In this document: one piece after another, positions 60,529 to 64,000 of the stretch | Layout of the letters: the number at the start of each line of letters is the position of its first letter | Numbering within the stretch: position 1 is the first letter of the stretch | Assembly (NCBI GenBank): GCA_001795615.1 | Contig: MGKI01000004.1 | Coordinates: 22,324 to 86,323 of the forward strand | Length of the DNA stretch: 64,000 bases | From: Candidatus Yanofskybacteria bacterium RIFCSPLOWO2_01_FULL_42_49 | GTDB lineage: Bacteria; Patescibacteriota; Minisyncoccia; 2-02-FULL-40-12; GWA2-44-9 | Reading direction: 5' to 3' | Notes under the pieces: model-generated | The model's input: only the letters and a program-made list of their open reading frames with translations | Told to the model about the DNA's origin: nothing | Databases searched by the model: none | Position numbers and translations under genes: made by a program

Positions 60529-61254
60529 TTGGCACAACTTGCAGAAAACCAAAATAATTATACCAACTCGGACGACAGTGAGAAACTAGACGAGCTCGAC
60601 GAAGAAGAACAGAATTCCACTGAACTCGAAGCAGATCAGGAGCTTTATACTGCCCAATCATCGGCAGTAGAGTTGTATAACCAGGGCCAAGAATTCCGCC
60701 ATCCTTCGTATTTTAAATATTTTGTTTTACTGGCTCCCCTGGGGTTCATCGTTGACAGCCTGGATATTTTTGCCCACATCTCCGGCGCCGGTATTCCTTT
60801 CGGGTCGCTTATTTCTTTCGCTGCCACCGTAGTCATGCTTCTCATTTTCTGGTTTACCAACACAAAACAAAAACGAGCTAATGAATATATCGAAAACATA
60901 GAAAAAAACATAGAGGTGATTACCCAACGGATAGCAAACGCCGAAAGGAACATTGTCAGAGTAGCCCGCCTAAGCCGCAAAGTGCCGGGGGTGAAACAGG
61001 TTTACCGTAAACTTCACTTGAGAACTGTCCGACGGGGAAGAGTGGCGCTAAGAGGGGTCATTAAATCCTCAAAAAGCCCGATTTTAAGATATGCGGCCAT
61101 GGGAACCTTAAACCTGATCCCGTTTTTGGCTATTTTGCCGTGGCAACTGATAGGAGTTTATTTAAGTTACAGAGCAGAGAAAGAGGGTTACAAAAACGCA
61201 CAAGACGCCTCGGACTCGGTTCTGGAAACAGTAGGAGAAACAGCTGTGTCTTAA
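60529..61254 (+). CDS. Hypothetical membrane protein with an acidic N-terminus
   Basis: 241 aa, two to three TM helices. Confidence 0.5.
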   Translation: MAQLAENQNNYTNSDDSEKLDELDEEEQNSTELEADQELYTAQSSAVELYNQGQEFRHPSYFKYFVLLAPLGFIVDSLDIFAHISGAGIPFGSLISFAATVVMLLIFWFTNTKQKRANEYIENIEKNIEVITQRIANAERNIVRVARLSRKVPGVKQVYRKLHLRTVRRGRVALRGVIKSSKSPILRYAAMGTLNLIPFLAILPWQLIGVYLSYRAEKEGYKNAQDASDSVLETVGETAVS

Positions 61255-61308
61255 TTTCTAATTATTCTAATTGCTCTAATTGACCTAAATAAATCCCCAC
61301 AACTGAAT

Positions 61309-61338
61309 GACTAAAAAAGCCCCGAAAATGACTGAATT
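61309..61338 (-). terminator. Rho-independent terminator for the - strand gene 61355..61744
   Basis: GCCCCGAAA...TTTCGGGGC followed on the - strand by TTTTTT. Confidence 0.7.
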
Positions 61339-61354
61339 ATTTCGGGGCAAGCGG

Positions 61355-61744
61355 CTAATTGCCGCTCATAAGACGCCACTCGCTGAATGCTTGATCTGCT
61401 TTATTTTTTAGCCAAATGTCGGCTATTACCACCATGACAGCACCAAGTAGCATCACAACCACCGTGCCAATCATTAGTGGGCCCAAATAATACAAGAAGG
61501 TGTCCCCACTGGCATATTTTAGAAGTAAGCCCCCGATAATACAATAAAAAACAAAGGGTCCGAATGCGGCTACATAAAACATCCTCTCTACTTTCTTCTG
61601 TTTAGCACTCCAGCCGCTTTCTTTCATAAAACTTTCTTTTAAATCGTCCTCAATTCTTTGCTTAGCTTCTTTTGTCTTTAAGCCGACCATATCTTCTCTA
61701 GAAAATTCCCTACGGCAATACGGACAAAGAAAGTTGTCAGACAT
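61355..61744 (-). CDS. Zinc-ribbon membrane protein
   Basis: N-terminal CPYC, two C-terminal TM helices. Confidence 0.55.
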   Translation of the reverse strand: MSDNFLCPYCRREFSREDMVGLKTKEAKQRIEDDLKESFMKESGWSAKQKKVERMFYVAAFGPFVFYCIIGGLLLKYASGDTFLYYLGPLMIGTVVVMLLGAVMVVIADIWLKNKADQAFSEWRLMSGN

Positions 61745-61745
61745 A

Positions 61746-62108
61746 CTACTCTATTCTCCACTTATATTCTGGGTCAGGTACAAATGTTAGTGCAACGCCT
61801 CTTCCTCTTGCGTCATTTATGTAGACGAGCCAACCGCCAGATATCCTAAGCCTGTACATATTATGCACAAAATCTCTTTCTACTTCTTCCCACTTGCACA
61901 CTTCTATTTTTTCAGCTCTATCAGTCCTAAGCTCAGTCCCAAACATCGCAATCTCCTTGTTCAACGAACCGACTACAATCCTAGTCTTTTTTATGACTAA
62001 GTCAAGTACATTCAAAGTGGGACTTATTAAATTAAGGACAACAAGAAGCGAAACCCTTGCTTCTCTTTTCTCACCATAATGAACGAGTCTGCGAAAAAAC
62101 CCAGCCAA
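61746..62108 (-). CDS. Hypothetical protein
   Basis: 120-aa ORF directly abutting the downstream gene; no known motif. Confidence 0.4.
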   Translation of the reverse strand: MAGFFRRLVHYGEKREARVSLLVVLNLISPTLNVLDLVIKKTRIVVGSLNKEIAMFGTELRTDRAEKIEVCKWEEVERDFVHNMYRLRISGGWLVYINDARGRGVALTFVPDPEYKWRIE

Positions 62109-62113
62109 AACAA

Positions 62114-62371
62114 GACACTAGAGACCCGGCCTAACTATTTAAACACTCCCCTAAGCGAGGCCCTACCGTCTTCGAATCACTTTGACGAATCGAGGAAGAG
62201 GACAAGGTTGGTATGAATGGATTCCAATAATCATAGGTCGAACGCCGAGCAGCGAGTCCTTGCGAGCGTAGCGAGGAGGCAAGCGAGGGTTACCTGTGAT
62301 TATTGGCTAAATCCATACATATCATACCGAGTCCGATGACAAGATGAGGAACCGTGATGAGAAGACACGGT
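62114..62371 (+). repeat. Mosaic intergenic element copy B, possibly a structured RNA
   Basis: gacactagagacccgg, then the 5' block ccgtcttcgaatcactttgacgaatcgag, a long imperfect helix ggtatgaatggattccaataatcataggt / acctgtgattattgg..aatccatacatatcatacc, and the 3' block agatgaggaaccgtgatgagaagacacgg. The terminal helix GUCUUC/GAAGAC is shared with copy A. Confidence 0.6.
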
Positions 62372-62386
62372 AAAGCCGAGCGAAAC

Positions 62387-62872
62387 CTATGGGTACGGCT
62401 TAATTATCACCCTTCTCTGCGGTTCTGCTCCAATGCTTTCTGTTGCTATATCGGGGCAAGCCGCAAGTTCCATATGAACGATTCTTCTCTCGTATGCAGA
62501 CATAGGGAACAATGCTTCGGCTTTTTGAGTATTTCTAACTCTCGTTACGGCTTGCTTGGCAACATCAACAAGATAATCTGCCCGCGATTTTCTATAATCG
62601 TTTATATCAAGAACGATTGTTCCTTCTTTGCCGTCTTTTACAAGCATAGCCCTTAGGACATGTTCCAGCGCTTTAAGATTTTGGCCGTTTTTACCTATCA
62701 AAAATCTGGCGTCATTGGGCGTTTGGATTGAAACAACAACGGCGTTTTCTTTCCGATCGTCACTAGATTCTTCCTTCGCCTCAATCTGGCAGTCGATATT
62801 CATAAAACTGGCCATCTTCTTAACGGTAGCTTCTACTTCTTCTTTATTTAATTTTTTGTTCGTTTCGTTCAC
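62387..62872 (-). CDS. jag: RNA-binding protein KhpB/Jag (KH + R3H)
   Basis: C-terminal R3H (SAYERRIVHMELA), KH domain; follows yidC. Confidence 0.85.
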   Translation of the reverse strand: MNETNKKLNKEEVEATVKKMASFMNIDCQIEAKEESSDDRKENAVVVSIQTPNDARFLIGKNGQNLKALEHVLRAMLVKDGKEGTIVLDINDYRKSRADYLVDVAKQAVTRVRNTQKAEALFPMSAYERRIVHMELAACPDIATESIGAEPQRRVIIKPYP

Positions 62873-63561
62873 TTTTTTCGTTTAATATATCCCTGTTCAA
62901 ACATCGAAAATACAGTCGTTGTCACCCAATACAAGATAAGACCAGCTGGCAGATTCCAACCAATAACTATAATCATAATTGGGAAAAAATACAACATTTG
63001 CTTGCTTAAAGCAGCCATTTCCTTGTTTCCACCGCCATCTGCTTGCAGCGCCATGCTCTGCTTTGATTGAATAAATTGAAGCCCGCCAGCAACCAAAGTT
63101 AAGAGGCGGCTTCTTGTTGTAATATCAAAAAGCCCCAGGAAATTATGGTGAACAATCTCCGGCGTAGAGACAAAACCATAGAGAAGATTCAAGCTTTCAG
63201 GGGTAATCCCCTTAATAAACACCTGATACAAAGCTATAAGTATCGGCAACTGTATCAATAGAGGCAGACATCCTGCCAAAGGATTAACATTATTTTCTTT
63301 GTAAAGTTTCATGATAGCGGCTGACTGCGCGGCTTTGTCATTCTTAAATTTTGCTTTCACTTCTTCAATCTTAGGAGACAGCTCTTTCATTGATTGTTGT
63401 GACTTGATGGTCTTCAACGACAAAGGAGAGAACAACGCTCTTATAAGCACTGTGAGAATAATAATTGTTAAACCTAAATCGCCACCGGGGATTACGCCTT
63501 GAAGATAGACCATAGCGTTAAACAGGGGACGATATAGAATTTCATTGTAGATAGAGAACAT
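62869..63561 (-). CDS. yidC: Membrane protein insertase YidC (short form)
   Basis: 230 aa, 5 TM, YidC/Oxa1 core. Confidence 0.9.
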   Translation of the reverse strand: MFSIYNEILYRPLFNAMVYLQGVIPGGDLGLTIIILTVLIRALFSPLSLKTIKSQQSMKELSPKIEEVKAKFKNDKAAQSAAIMKLYKENNVNPLAGCLPLLIQLPILIALYQVFIKGITPESLNLLYGFVSTPEIVHHNFLGLFDITTRSRLLTLVAGGLQFIQSKQSMALQADGGGNKEMAALSKQMLYFFPIMIIVIGWNLPAGLILYWVTTTVFSMFEQGYIKRKK

Positions 63562-63592
63562 GGTTTAGAAATTAAAAATTGGAAATTAGAAA

Positions 63593-63823
63593 TTATGGCG
63601 CATCTATTCCTCCTTTTGAAAAAGGGCTACATCTCAAAATACGAATAAGTGACTTGACTGATCCTTTAACATAACCGTATTTACTTATAGACTCAATGGC
63701 GTAGTCAGAACAAGATGGATAAAATTTACAATCAGTATAAACAAAAAGGGGGATTCTCGTTTCCCGGAAAACAGCTGATAACTTTTTATACATAATTATT
63801 ATCTTTAATATAAGCTTGGTCAT
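63593..63823 (-). CDS. yidD: Membrane protein insertion efficiency factor YidD
   Basis: [19 protein letters not shown] motif. Confidence 0.85.
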   Translation of the reverse strand: MTKLILKIIIMYKKLSAVFRETRIPLFVYTDCKFYPSCSDYAIESISKYGYVKGSVKSLIRILRCSPFSKGGIDAP

Positions 63824-63837
63824 TTTTTAATAGCTTC

Positions 63838-64000
63838 GATTCTCGCCATTGTTTCTATCAACTCTTGCGCTAAAAATACAAACCGGCTTTTGTCTATTTT
63901 TTTAAATACCGAGATCACCACATCATATCCACGATTTAATAGGCGCTGATTTTTTATTATTTCCTCTGAAAATATCCTCTTTACCCGATTCCTCTCTGTG
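63838..64000 (-). CDS. rnpA: RNase P protein component (partial, truncated by the window edge)
   Basis: C-terminal ..[57 protein letters not shown]; rnpA-yidD-yidC-jag synteny. Confidence 0.7.

Noticed and set aside
62335-62400. Hammerhead-ribozyme-like core (GUGAUGAG ... CGAAAC) in element copy B
   Set aside because: The first core position is G rather than the invariant C of CUGAUGA. The intervening segment does not form a stem II hairpin; it pairs with the element's 5' end. No stem III plus UH cleavage site could be drawn.

Overview
This window looks like a low-GC (~40%) Candidate Phyla Radiation / Patescibacteria-type chromosome segment. Compact housekeeping genes present are polA, tsaE, comM, dksA-like, pnp, rpsO, xerC/D, infB, ligA, gatC and gatA, a CCA-adding enzyme, dut, ksgA, a uvrD/pcrA helicase, jag, yidC, yidD and a partial rnpA. 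Nine tRNA genes are present. A complete secretin-less type IV pilus locus (pilM, pilN, pilO, pilB, pilT, pilC, a major pilin, the prepilin peptidase and three to four minor pilins) spans about 27.1-38.3 kb. Features beyond routine annotation: (1) a T4SS-like cluster at about 51.7-61.3 kb with VirB6-like and VirB3-like proteins and a VirB4 ATPase split into two ORFs, with the same ~70-bp upstream module ahead of two of its genes; (2) a 367-codon intein inserted in helicase motif III of the UvrD/PcrA-like helicase; (3) a tRNA-punctuated accessory stretch at 44.9-47.7 kb with a zinc-ribbon, HE-repeat, Vsr-like nuclease, a patatin-like protein and a hicBA pair; (4) a family of mosaic intergenic elements of about 200-280 nt that may be structured RNA (two + strand copies plus a partial - strand copy); (5) pervasive symmetric word-repeat intergenic spacers, some shared between distant loci; (6) a 1.8-kb high-GC island (~60% GC) encoding three secreted/membrane proteins; (7) an array of about 10 GTGACA/TGTCAC palindromic hexamers upstream of the dksA-like gene; (8) long hairpins in the pnp leader and a NYN-domain gene inserted between rpsO and pnp; (9) a serine-recombinase remnant beside tRNA-Leu and tRNA-Cys interrupting the infB...rpsO neighbourhood, and a GIY-YIG ORF without a canonical start next to tRNA-Ser. 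No CRISPR array or rRNA gene is present.
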